A DNA stretch of 64,000 nucleotides from contig JAWBMD010000004.1 in the NCBI GenBank assembly GCA_039000985.1, forward strand, positions 2,345 to 66,344, given 5' to 3'. This DNA is from Candidatus Aenigmatarchaeota archaeon. GTDB lineage: Archaea; Aenigmatarchaeota; Aenigmatarchaeia; CG10238-14; SpSt-28. The notes beneath the pieces were generated by a model. That model saw only the letters and a list, made by a program, of their open reading frames with translations, did no database searches and was not told the DNA's origin. The position numbers were made by a program, and so were the translations under genes. Within the stretch, counting starts at the first letter, position 1. The number at the start of each line of letters is the position of its first letter. Shown here one piece after another: positions 17,474 to 26,925 of this stretch.

Positions 17474-17757
17474 GTAGTAGCTTCCTCTTCTTCTATTTTT
17501 TCTGCACTAGGTATTTCTACATGCTTTATTATTACTATATCCCCAATAGCTCTAACCATTGAATAAGGGACTATTACTCCTTTTTTGCTACCAAGTATTT
17601 TTGAAAACAAACCTTCTTTACTTATTTCAACAACAATCGACCTTATTCTATACTTACTTAAATCAAGCTCAACATCACTAACCCTACCAGCATAATAACC
17701 TTTTTCTGTAAAAACTTCTCTTGCCATTAAATCCATTATGTTTTGAGTTGATACCAT
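17458..17757 (-). CDS. PRC-barrel domain protein
   Basis: Small beta-barrel pattern (GYYAGRVSDVELDLSKYRIRSIVVE). Confidence 0.45.
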   Translation of the reverse strand: MVSTQNIMDLMAREVFTEKGYYAGRVSDVELDLSKYRIRSIVVEISKEGLFSKILGSKKGVIVPYSMVRAIGDIVIIKHVEIPSAEKIEEEEATTQGSV

Positions 17758-17783
17758 ATAATATTAATTAGATTTATAAATAT

Positions 17784-19013
17784 TTAAACCAATAAATCGA
17801 GCTTATAAATGAAAAAACTATCTGTTATATTAAAGTAAAAATAGCTTAAATGGCTTGGGACTCTATTTTCTCTAGTTGATAACCAAATGAGAGTTGAAAG
17901 TAGTGCAACTTTTTTATCATCACTTATATTATCATTAAAATTTTGAAACCAAGCAACTTTATAATATGTTGAATTTGTTATTAAAACGGGTACTCCATCA
18001 CTTCTTGTTAAAATTTTTCTAGTAACTTCATTATCTACTGGTTGTATATTTACATTTTTTGTTATATCATCAAAAACCAAATTGTACTTATCAAAACTTA
18101 TAAGTATGGAAGCATTAGTTATTTTTTTTAATGTGACATTTGTTTGAAATTCAGAAAATACTAACTTACTTCCCATGGTTTTATATTCATCGTCTTCAAA
18201 ACTATTATTTCTATTCAAATCTATTGCTACATGTGTTGAGTTACAAATAACAAATGGATAAACAAAAGATTTATTAAAAATTTTGATTTCACCTCTTCTG
18301 TTTAAATTACATCCAGGTAAGCTTTGTAAACCTGGAGCTACTAAATATAAACTTATTCCATAATAGTTTTTATACACAGGATAAAAATTTTTAAAAATTT
18401 TTTCATCATAAGTAGAGAGGGAAGAAGAAAAGCTTATATTAAATTTTCCAGAAGTAGTTCCAATCTTTCTTATTCCAGTTATATTGAGAGATATATTGTT
18501 GTTAACAAATGTATTAGAAGAAGCGTCTGCATAAATAAGCAAACCAATATTATTGTTTATTACTCTTTTAAGGAATTCATAATACTTATCACTTGGTAAG
18601 TAATCTATTACTAAAACGTTGGAATTTAAAATACAATAATTAAAAGACTCTAAATTAGTTAAACACATTATTGAATTAATTTTTTTTCCATTTATTTCAC
18701 TTTCAAATAAGCTTGTTATTAAAGATTGTGTTTCATTCGAGCAATTGCATGCTATTCTCATTTCATTTGGATTAATAGTTAGAGAAATGGGGAAAAAAGG
18801 TAAGTTATATTTATTTCCAAAAACATATTCATGTAAAATATTTGCATTACTTAAAGATTCTAAAAAATCGAAAATACCAATTTTTTGTTTTATTATATGC
18901 CAAGATGATGTTTTTCCATACTCTAAAGAAAGAAAAAGATACATACTAACAAGCAATGCTGAAACAGCTATTACAAGCTCTAATACATTAAACTGTCCTT
19001 TTAGGCCTGCCAT
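17784..19013 (-). CDS. Pilin-like surface protein with class III signal peptide
   Basis: N-terminus MAGLKG/QFNVLELVIAVSALLV. Sequon-rich body. Confidence 0.6.
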   Translation of the reverse strand: MAGLKGQFNVLELVIAVSALLVSMYLFLSLEYGKTSSWHIIKQKIGIFDFLESLSNANILHEYVFGNKYNLPFFPISLTINPNEMRIACNCSNETQSLITSLFESEINGKKINSIMCLTNLESFNYCILNSNVLVIDYLPSDKYYEFLKRVINNNIGLLIYADASSNTFVNNNISLNITGIRKIGTTSGKFNISFSSSLSTYDEKIFKNFYPVYKNYYGISLYLVAPGLQSLPGCNLNRRGEIKIFNKSFVYPFVICNSTHVAIDLNRNNSFEDDEYKTMGSKLVFSEFQTNVTLKKITNASILISFDKYNLVFDDITKNVNIQPVDNEVTRKILTRSDGVPVLITNSTYYKVAWFQNFNDNISDDKKVALLSTLIWLSTRENRVPSHLSYFYFNITDSFFIYKLDLLV

Positions 19014-19494
19014 ATATTTTTATATTAACTATGCTATTATCAGAAGAAAATGCAAATCTTTCTAAACTAACATTTCCAATTAAAGTTTCATGTGATGTGC
19101 AATTAAATATAACTTGCTGAATAGGATAAATTTTTGAAATGTTTAAGGAAATGACTATATCACTATCTAAATAATAAGTTATGTTTGAACAATTATTTGT
19201 CGATGGATTTATATTTTTTAAATAGCTCAACTTCGTAGAATTTAAAAAATTTTTTGATGTAATATTCGTTGCCAAACCTATTCTTACAAAATTGCTTGGA
19301 TCCCAAAAAGCTGGGTATCCGACATCATTTATTAGTATTTCAGAAATTTTATAGAGCTCCAAGCTTACTAATTCTATATTTAAATTATCCATTGTAACTG
19401 TTTTGTAATTATATAAACTAAAAAAAAGATAACTAACAAAACTTATAAATGCTATAGTTGTTACTAAAAACTCAATAGAAACTTGAGATTTCAT
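18988..19494 (-). CDS. Archaeal type IV pilin-like protein (Q-x-S-x-E-F class III signal peptide)
   Basis: Using the internal start MKS/QVSIEFLVTTIAFISFV. The ORF-track start at 19527 would add 11 non-signal residues. Confidence 0.6.
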   Translation of the reverse strand: MKSQVSIEFLVTTIAFISFVSYLFFSLYNYKTVTMDNLNIELVSLELYKISEILINDVGYPAFWDPSNFVRIGLATNITSKNFLNSTKLSYLKNINPSTNNCSNITYYLDSDIVISLNISKIYPIQQVIFNCTSHETLIGNVSLERFAFSSDNSIVNIKIYGRPKRTV

Positions 19495-20089
19495 ATAAAG
19501 ATTTAATGCAGTTTTTTCCATTACCATATCTATCTATTAATATACTTTTAATTCCAATGCTTTGTGGATTTAAATAATCAAAAACAAAATCATTTCCAAC
19601 ATGCATTACATTTTCTGGTTTTACTCTAAAAAAATTAAGCAACATTTGGAAAGCCTTTCTAGTTTTTCCACCAATACCAAAATCATCTGTTATTGAAATA
19701 ATTTTACAAAAATACTTTTTTAAACCTGTGTTATAAATCTTTATTGGAAAAAATTCTTTTGTGTTTGTAGTAAATAAAACAAGTTTATATCTTTTATTTA
19801 GTTTTCTTAAAGCTAATTTTACATCTGGAAACACTTTAATTTTATTCTTTAAACTACTAATCACATCTATTGGATTTTCTTTTATTCCAAACCTTTTAAA
19901 CCAATAAACTGCACTATACCATTCGCGTTTTTTATTACTTACCTTATTATATTCTAGCTTACAAAATTTTAAAGCTCTCTCAAAACTAATGTTTTTTTGA
20001 TTTGATAATAATTTTGGCACTACATAAAACCAGAAAAAGTCATTTATGCTTTCATCTATTAATGTACCATCTAAATCAAAACTAATCAA
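19472..20089 (-). CDS. HAD-superfamily hydrolase
   Basis: Motif I FDLDGTLID and motif IV VGNDFVFD. The start is set to TTG at 20087-20089 because the longer ORF runs through tRNA-Val. Confidence 0.65.
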   Translation of the reverse strand: MISFDLDGTLIDESINDFFWFYVVPKLLSNQKNISFERALKFCKLEYNKVSNKKREWYSAVYWFKRFGIKENPIDVISSLKNKIKVFPDVKLALRKLNKRYKLVLFTTNTKEFFPIKIYNTGLKKYFCKIISITDDFGIGGKTRKAFQMLLNFFRVKPENVMHVGNDFVFDYLNPQSIGIKSILIDRYGNGKNCIKSLYEISSFY

Positions 20090-20098
20090 TTGTAAATT

Positions 20099-20169
20099 TG
20101 GGCCTGCACGGAATTGAACCGTGATCTCCGCCTCGTAAGAGCGGCGTCCTTCCATTAGACTACAGGCCC
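20099..20169 (-). tRNA. tRNA-Val (anticodon TAC)
   Basis: Hand-folded: acceptor GGGCCTG/CAGGCCC, anticodon stem CCGCT/GGCGG with loop CTTACGA, T arm CACGG-TTCAATT-CCGTG, discriminator A. Confidence 0.85.
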
Positions 20170-20204
20170 ACATATATATTAGTTAGGACACCAAAATTTA
20201 ATTA

Positions 20205-22727
20205 ATGATAAAAAAAGTTATAAAAAGAGATGGAAAAATAGTTGATTTCGATCCTTTGAAAATAAAGAATGCTATAAAAAAAGCAATGATAGCAACAAAT
20301 TCTCTTGATGAGAAAATTTTGGAAGATGTTTTAAAAAAAGTTTTGAAAACCATAGAGGAAAAATATAAAGAAACAATACATGTAGAAGAAATACAAGATA
20401 TAGTGGAAAGTACATTAGTAAGTTACAATCTTTTCGAAGTTGCTAAAGCATACATACTTTATAGAAAAGATAGGGAAAAAATAAGAGAAGAAAAAAAGAA
20501 AATTTTAGAAAAAGATAGTATAGATGAAGTAGATAAAAAATTTTCATTAAATGCTTTGAGAATATTAGCATCTAGATATCTAAAAAGGGATGAAAATGGT
20601 AAAATAATAGAAAGTCCTAAACAGCTTTTTGAAAGAGTAGCTTTATTAGTTGTTATTCCAGATATTTTACATGATGAAAAAATTTTTGATAAAGGTGGAA
20701 AACAAAAACCTTTCCAAAAAGAAGAATTCGATTTTATATCTAACGAAGGAAAAATAGGTATAAAAGATAAAAAGTTTAATAGATATCACTTGGAAAGAAT
20801 GAAATATTTGTATGATGAATTGAATAATGAAGGAAAAATGAAAGTAAAATTCTCCGAAATTATTGAAATGTTAAGAAATGGTTATTTTGATAATTATTAT
20901 AAAAACTTTGAAGAATATTTCTCACTAATGATTAATCAAATATTTTTACCAAATTCTCCAACTTTGTTTAATGCGGGCAATACACTTGGACAGCTTAGTG
21001 CTTGTTTTGTTTTGGATATAGAAGATGACTTAAGAAATATAATGGATGTTGCAAAAGAAATTGCCCTAATATTTAAAAGTGGGGGAGGAGTTGGTATAAA
21101 TTATTCAAAAATAAGACCTGAAGGAGATATAGTTGGAAGCACAAGTGGTATAGCGAGTGGTCCAGTTTCTTTTATGAAATTAATAGATTCTGTAACAGAA
21201 GTTGTGAAGCAAGGATCAAAAAGAAGAGGAGCTAACATGGGAATTTTAGAAATTTGGCATCCTGATATAGAAAAGTTTATAACAAGCAAAGAAAACCAAA
21301 ACTTTTTACAAAATTTTAACATATCTGTAATGATAAACGAAGGATTTTGGAATGCTTATGAAAATAATTTACCATTTAAACTAATAAATCCGAGAAATAA
21401 TAAACCTGTTAAAGAAGTAAACCCAAAAGAACTTTTAGAATTAATAGCTTATATGGCTTGGAAAACTGGTGATCCTGGTGTTGTTTTCTTAGATAACATT
21501 AATAAACTTAATCCTATGAAAAATAGCTTGGGTTTAATAAGATCAACAAATCCATGTGGAGAAGAACCTCTTTATCCATATGAATCTTGCAACTTAGGTT
21601 CTATAAATATTTATAAGTTTGTAGAAGATGGAAAATTTAATTGGGAAGAATATAGAAAATGTATTAGAACGTGCTTAAGATTTTTAGATAATTGCATTTC
21701 TGTTAATAAATTCCCTTTTGAAAGAATAGAAAAAACAACAAAGCAACTAAGAAGAGTTGGCCTTGGAATAATGGGTTTAGCAGAAGCTTTATTTGCTTTA
21801 AAAATTCCATATAGTAGTGAAGAAGGTTTTGAATTCATGAGCAAAATAGCAGAGAATTTAACTTTCTTTGCCTTTAAGGAATCTATTGATCTAGCTAAAA
21901 AAAGAGGAAGCTTTCCTTTATTTGAGAAATCATTTTATAAAGAAGAAAAATTGCCAATCCAAGGTTTCTATGAAAAAGAATCTTGGAACTTAAATTGGAA
22001 TGAAATTGTTGAAGATATTAAAAAATTTGGATTAAGAAATGTTGAAGTGACTTGTATAGCACCAACTGGAAGTATATCAATGATTGCAGATACAAGTAGT
22101 GGTATAGAACCTCAATTTGCTTTAGTTTTTGAAAAAAGAGTTAGTTTGGGAGAGTTTTTCTATGTTGATCAAGAACTTGTAAAAGAATTGAAAAAAAGGA
22201 ATTTGTATAATGAAAGTATGCTAAAAGAAATTTGCAATAATGGTGGCTCACTTCAAAACATAGAAAAAATTCCAGAAGATATGAAAAAAATTTTCTTGGT
22301 TGCTTATGATATACCGTGGTGGGAACATCTTAGAGCTCAGCAAACATTTCAGAAATGGATTTGCTCTGCAATAAGTAAAACAATTAATTTGCCAAACTGG
22401 TCAACAAAAGAAGATATTGAGAAAATATATATTGTTGCGCATAAACTTGGATTAAAAGGAATAACAATTTATAGAGATGGTTCAAAAAACACTCAAGTAC
22501 TTATAACCCCTACACAAAGAATTGGTAAATATGTTTTAATAAGCAATACTAAAACAATTAATATGTTAAAATCAATAGGTATTGAAGTTGATATGGAAGA
22601 AAAGAAAATAGAAATTTATAAAAAATTTGGAGAAATTGTTTGTGAAAACTGCAAAAGCAAACAAATAGTTTTTCAAGATACTTGTGTTAGATGCTTAGAA
22701 TGTGATTGGATTGTTTGCTTTGTATGA
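20205..22727 (+). CDS. nrdJ: Class II (adenosylcobalamin-dependent) ribonucleotide reductase with N-terminal ATP-cone
   Basis: ATP-cone VIKRDGKIVDFD, active-site STNPCGEEPL, and a C-terminal Cys cluster CENC...CVRCLEC. Confidence 0.9.
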   Translation: MIKKVIKRDGKIVDFDPLKIKNAIKKAMIATNSLDEKILEDVLKKVLKTIEEKYKETIHVEEIQDIVESTLVSYNLFEVAKAYILYRKDREKIREEKKKILEKDSIDEVDKKFSLNALRILASRYLKRDENGKIIESPKQLFERVALLVVIPDILHDEKIFDKGGKQKPFQKEEFDFISNEGKIGIKDKKFNRYHLERMKYLYDELNNEGKMKVKFSEIIEMLRNGYFDNYYKNFEEYFSLMINQIFLPNSPTLFNAGNTLGQLSACFVLDIEDDLRNIMDVAKEIALIFKSGGGVGINYSKIRPEGDIVGSTSGIASGPVSFMKLIDSVTEVVKQGSKRRGANMGILEIWHPDIEKFITSKENQNFLQNFNISVMINEGFWNAYENNLPFKLINPRNNKPVKEVNPKELLELIAYMAWKTGDPGVVFLDNINKLNPMKNSLGLIRSTNPCGEEPLYPYESCNLGSINIYKFVEDGKFNWEEYRKCIRTCLRFLDNCISVNKFPFERIEKTTKQLRRVGLGIMGLAEALFALKIPYSSEEGFEFMSKIAENLTFFAFKESIDLAKKRGSFPLFEKSFYKEEKLPIQGFYEKESWNLNWNEIVEDIKKFGLRNVEVTCIAPTGSISMIADTSSGIEPQFALVFEKRVSLGEFFYVDQELVKELKKRNLYNESMLKEICNNGGSLQNIEKIPEDMKKIFLVAYDIPWWEHLRAQQTFQKWICSAISKTINLPNWSTKEDIEKIYIVAHKLGLKGITIYRDGSKNTQVLITPTQRIGKYVLISNTKTINMLKSIGIEVDMEEKKIEIYKKFGEIVCENCKSKQIVFQDTCVRCLECDWIVCFV

Positions 22728-23851
22728 ATATTGATATAATTGTTGCCATATCCATATTCATTGTCTCTGTTACATTCATAATATTTTTAGTGTTTAGTTA
22801 TGTTAGTAATCAATTAACTTTAAAAGAAATGTCTGATATAAGATTGAGAGCAATAGAAGTTTTTAGAAAATTCATTGCTGGTGATTTATCTGTAACTAAA
22901 ACAATTTATAGAATACCTGTGTTAATAAAAGAACCAAATTTTGATAATAGGGAAAATGAATTTGTTGAACTGTTTTTAACCTTAGATACTAATTGTAAGC
23001 TAAACATAACTAACTCATCAATATTTATTACTGATGAAAATTTTCAAGAAATTGAATTTAATAAAACAATAGTTGAAAATTGTTTTGAGGATAAAGTAAA
23101 AAGCATAGAAATATATTTTAACATAAATATTAGCAAGAATGATGAAAAAAATATCTTTGTTTATTTTCACAATGAAAATGTTGTTGCTAGGAATTTTTCT
23201 GTTGTGATTAATACTAATAGCTTTGCCCCGAAGGATGGGGATAAATATACAGAAAGCAGTAGCTCGTGGGAAAGAATAGGTGGAACAAATTCTTTACCTG
23301 AAGTAACACAAATGAGAAAAATTGGAAAATACGCTGTAAAAATAGAGGATTCCCCGACTAATAAAATTGGGCTTTTATTTAACTTTCCAACTGATCCAGC
23401 TAATAGATTTTTCGATAATTTAGTATCTGTAAATATAAACTGGTTTTTAAGGGCATATCTTTATACAAATTCTACAACAAACATAAAAAACTTTAACATT
23501 TTATTAGAAGATTATTCTGGTAATATAATTTTTAAAAATTTTAGCCTAAATATAGGTTGGAATATATTTGAAGAAGAATTGAATAGCACAAACTGGTATA
23601 ATTGGACCTCATTTAATCCAAATAATATAACAAAATTTCGCTTTATAGCAGAAAATGAAAGTATTTCTCCTCCAATTTTTTTAGCAGTAGATGGTTTAAG
23701 ATTTGAAAAAAAGCCATTAAATAAAATAATTTATCCAATAGAAAGCATCGAAGTAGTTTCAAAAGACTTAATGAAAAAAATAAAAGATGAGGAGCTAGAA
23801 ATATTAAGAAGAACATATGGAGATAGATTTTATATAGAAATTTCTAAATGA
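22724..23851 (+). CDS. Membrane-anchored hypothetical surface protein
   Basis: The start at 22724 gives an ATGA overlap with the nrdJ stop. N-terminal hydrophobic helix IIVAISIFIVSVTFIIFLVF. Sequon-rich. Confidence 0.55.
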   Translation: MNIDIIVAISIFIVSVTFIIFLVFSYVSNQLTLKEMSDIRLRAIEVFRKFIAGDLSVTKTIYRIPVLIKEPNFDNRENEFVELFLTLDTNCKLNITNSSIFITDENFQEIEFNKTIVENCFEDKVKSIEIYFNINISKNDEKNIFVYFHNENVVARNFSVVINTNSFAPKDGDKYTESSSSWERIGGTNSLPEVTQMRKIGKYAVKIEDSPTNKIGLLFNFPTDPANRFFDNLVSVNINWFLRAYLYTNSTTNIKNFNILLEDYSGNIIFKNFSLNIGWNIFEEELNSTNWYNWTSFNPNNITKFRFIAENESISPPIFLAVDGLRFEKKPLNKIIYPIESIEVVSKDLMKKIKDEELEILRRTYGDRFYIEISK

Positions 23852-24405
23852 AAGGTCAGGGTTTTACTTTAGCTTATGTAATAATTGGCATTTCTCTCAT
23901 TTTGCTTTTATTTAACTTTCAAGCTAGAATTTTAAAAGCTAGAGAAAATATAAATGAAATTTCCAACTTATACAACAAAATTACAGATAACATAATAAAA
24001 GAAAGTTTTTTCATATTAAGAATAAATGGTGCAATAAATGATTTTCTTAATATTACAAAAATGGAATATGATGTAAGCTCATTAATTTTAATTGCTAATT
24101 ATAAAAAAAATGAAAACTACCTTAACATAACAATTATAAACTTTTTAGATGAGGATTATATTTTCGATATTTGGCTCAATGATACAAATAAAATTGTTGT
24201 AGTAAATAAAAACAGCATAAACTCAACAAACTTTTCTGTTACAAATGGGACTTATATATTAAACTTCACATATAAATTAAATAATCAAAAAACTATTGAA
24301 ATAAGCACAAATCTAAATTATGTATATAGTTTCATAGAAACAGATTATATAAGAAATGAAATTAATATAGTAAAAGTAAAAGAGGATGAATTTTATTTTA
24401 GATAA
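23848..24405 (+). CDS. Pilin-like protein with class III signal peptide
   Basis: N-terminus MKG/QGFTLAYVIIGISLILLLF. ATGA overlap with the upstream gene. Confidence 0.55.
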   Translation: MKGQGFTLAYVIIGISLILLLFNFQARILKARENINEISNLYNKITDNIIKESFFILRINGAINDFLNITKMEYDVSSLILIANYKKNENYLNITIINFLDEDYIFDIWLNDTNKIVVVNKNSINSTNFSVTNGTYILNFTYKLNNQKTIEISTNLNYVYSFIETDYIRNEINIVKVKEDEFYFR

Positions 24406-25176
24406 ATGAAAAAAAGATTTCAAAATGATATATTTGGGTTTGAAGAAAGCAACGTGGTATTTATAGGAGTACCAATTTTACCTATTGGGGAAAAAATTTT
24501 AGAAAAGCTAAGAGAAGTTAGCTGGTATGTAGAACCTTTCGATACTTTAAAAAATGCAAGAATTTTTGATGCTGGAAATTTTGATATAGAAAAAATTGGA
24601 GAATATGTTAAAAAAACTATGGAAATGAAAAAAATTCCTTGTATTTTTAGCAATTCCCATTTAATTTCTTACTATGTTTTAAAAGCAATAAATAAAAATG
24701 CTAATATCTTGATTTTTGATGCTCATCTTGACTTGAAAAACAAATATAAAGATGAAAAAACATATGGAGATGAAAAATTGAATGATGCTACCTGGCTTAG
24801 AAGATGTATTGAAGAAAATTTGGTATCTAAAATAAAAATATTTGGAGCGAGGTCTTTTGATGAAGATGAGTATAATTTTGCAAAGCAGAAAAAAATAGAA
24901 ATTATTAAAAAACAAAAAAAACTCGAACTAAAAAATCTTTATATATCTTTTGATTTTGATGTTTTTGACCCAAGTATTCTTAAATCTACAGAATATCCGG
25001 AACCGGATGGTAAAAGATTTTCTGATATTAAGAAATTTTTAAAAAATTGCAAGCTAGATATAATTGCTATAGATTTCTCATTAATGAATTTTAGTAGTGT
25101 TCCTGAATTATATGAATATTTTCTTATGGTAAAAACTATTTTTGAATTAATTCATAAAATTAATTTATGGCAGTAA
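24406..25176 (+). CDS. Arginase/agmatinase-fold (ureohydrolase) protein, divergent
   Basis: FDAHLDL and SFDFDVFDPS motifs are present. The usual GGDHS motif is replaced by SNSHL. Confidence 0.55.
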   Translation: MKKRFQNDIFGFEESNVVFIGVPILPIGEKILEKLREVSWYVEPFDTLKNARIFDAGNFDIEKIGEYVKKTMEMKKIPCIFSNSHLISYYVLKAINKNANILIFDAHLDLKNKYKDEKTYGDEKLNDATWLRRCIEENLVSKIKIFGARSFDEDEYNFAKQKKIEIIKKQKKLELKNLYISFDFDVFDPSILKSTEYPEPDGKRFSDIKKFLKNCKLDIIAIDFSLMNFSSVPELYEYFLMVKTIFELIHKINLWQ

Positions 25177-26924
25177 AATTCTTCATAACCCCAACGCGTG
25201 GTGAAGATGTTGTAGAAGCAGTTGGATTTGGTGAAGGTTTAAATATATTACATCCATTTGCAATAGAAAAGGTAAATCCAACTCTTAAAGTTGGTGCTGG
25301 TAGTGCATTATTTTTCAAAACAATAGGATTTTTTAAAAAGAATGGTTTTGAAATATATAAGGTTGAAGATAGTGTAGAAATAACTCCGCTATTTCCAACT
25401 TATCAATCAATAATAAAAGAAAAGGAACAAATAATTGCTCAAATAAAACAACACTTAGCTAGTATAGCTACAGCAATAGCAGATGTGGATCTGGTAAAAC
25501 ATGATTTGAGAAAGTATAAAGAATTTGCAACACTTTTAAGAAATATAAAAAAAGGTAAAGAACTTATTAAACAAGGTAAAAAAGAAGAAGGTAAAAAAAT
25601 ATTTAAGCAGGCTGATCAATCTTTGCGCTCAATTTTTATAGATCAAATAGATGTACACACTGGAGAAACAGTAGCTCTTAAATTAATAGCGCCAAGATGG
25701 CCAACTATTATTTCTGATTTTATGAAACTAGATGATGAAGATAAAGATCAAGAACAAATAAAAAACAAATACAATGTTTCTGAAGCAGAGGCTGTAATTC
25801 TAGCTACAAAAAACAAACTATACTTGGAATGGAGAGATAATCTATTTGGTAAAGCTGTAGAAGAAAGATTTAAAGAATTAATGAAATTGCTAGAAATGAG
25901 GAAAAAATCTGTAGAAGAATATAAAAACATGTGTAGACCATTAATAGCTAGATATAGAGCAGTAAAAGAAATGACTGGCCCAAGAATTTATACTATAGCT
26001 GCATTAAGACATAGTGCTCAAGCAAGCATGGTAGATAAGGTAGTGATGTATGCCTGGAGACCTATATTACCAAAAGAAATTGCGAAAAAAACTAGAACTA
26101 TGTTTGAACATATTAGACCTGGTTTGCCAACTAGCGTAATTAAAGGTGTTGGTTTTTATGATGATGAAATAAAGTATATAAAAGAAGAATTAAGAAAGCG
26201 TGGAGAAAAACTATCTTCTGAAGAAGTTTTCTTTCTTGAAAAAGAAAGACTAGAATCTTTGCCAATTGAACCGTCAATAGATAATGTTGTAAGAAAGGGA
26301 ATAAAGCTAATAGAAAATGAATATAAAGTTGAAATAAATCCATTAGATGTGTTTCAAGCTAGATTAAGACTTGTCCAATTCTTCAAACAAATAACAAGTA
26401 TGCAATTAGCAGAAACGTGGCCATATAGTGGCTATTATGCCTTTTTAGAAATTCCTATTGATAGAGTGTATGGACGTTTACCAAATGGTGCTGAGTTTGA
26501 AGATGTTACAGTAGAATTAAAGGGTTATTTAAGAACTCAAAACTTTATTATACTCCAATATTTAGAACTAATCGCAATAGAAAAAAGTGCTGATAAATTC
26601 ATTAAAGAAATGCTTGGTGAATTAGGTGTTGGGGGAATAGAAATAGATGAAATAATAGCTAAAGAATTGGGAGAAGAATATAAAAAGTTTCGCATAGATA
26701 TGCTAAGAACACACTATCTTTTATCACAAAAGATTAAAAATTTAATTAAAAAGTTTTTAATAACATTTAATCTAGTTGGATTTTTCCCAGTAGAAATAAC
26801 AAATATAGGATACTATGAACATCATTTATCAAAATATTTAGAAAAATATATAATTCCTGAAGCTATAAATGTTTTCAAGAAAACTGTTAATATGTATAAA
26901 TCGTCCTTAGGTATACCGTTGTAA
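25167..26924 (+). CDS. Hypothetical protein, 585 aa, with a long charged coiled-coil-like middle region
   Basis: Long ORF with coding-like composition, overlapping the upstream gene by 10 nt. No family recognised. Confidence 0.6.
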   Translation: MAVKFFITPTRGEDVVEAVGFGEGLNILHPFAIEKVNPTLKVGAGSALFFKTIGFFKKNGFEIYKVEDSVEITPLFPTYQSIIKEKEQIIAQIKQHLASIATAIADVDLVKHDLRKYKEFATLLRNIKKGKELIKQGKKEEGKKIFKQADQSLRSIFIDQIDVHTGETVALKLIAPRWPTIISDFMKLDDEDKDQEQIKNKYNVSEAEAVILATKNKLYLEWRDNLFGKAVEERFKELMKLLEMRKKSVEEYKNMCRPLIARYRAVKEMTGPRIYTIAALRHSAQASMVDKVVMYAWRPILPKEIAKKTRTMFEHIRPGLPTSVIKGVGFYDDEIKYIKEELRKRGEKLSSEEVFFLEKERLESLPIEPSIDNVVRKGIKLIENEYKVEINPLDVFQARLRLVQFFKQITSMQLAETWPYSGYYAFLEIPIDRVYGRLPNGAEFEDVTVELKGYLRTQNFIILQYLELIAIEKSADKFIKEMLGELGVGGIEIDEIIAKELGEEYKKFRIDMLRTHYLLSQKIKNLIKKFLITFNLVGFFPVEITNIGYYEHHLSKYLEKYIIPEAINVFKKTVNMYKSSLGIPL

Positions 26925-26925
26925 A

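Noticed and set aside
20090-20173. The 5' extension of the HAD hydrolase ORF (MWACSLMEGRRSYEAEITVQFRAGPN...).
   Set aside because: The extension is the reverse-strand read-through of tRNA-Val (20099-20169). The HAD motif I (FDLDGT) starts right after a TTG at 20087-20089, which is the more plausible start.
20205-22727. A possible intein or intron in the class II RNR, since RNR genes are frequent intein hosts.
   Set aside because: The 840-aa length is normal for an ATP-cone-containing NrdJ. The conserved motifs are contiguous, with no extra block and no C/S/T...HN splice junction pattern.
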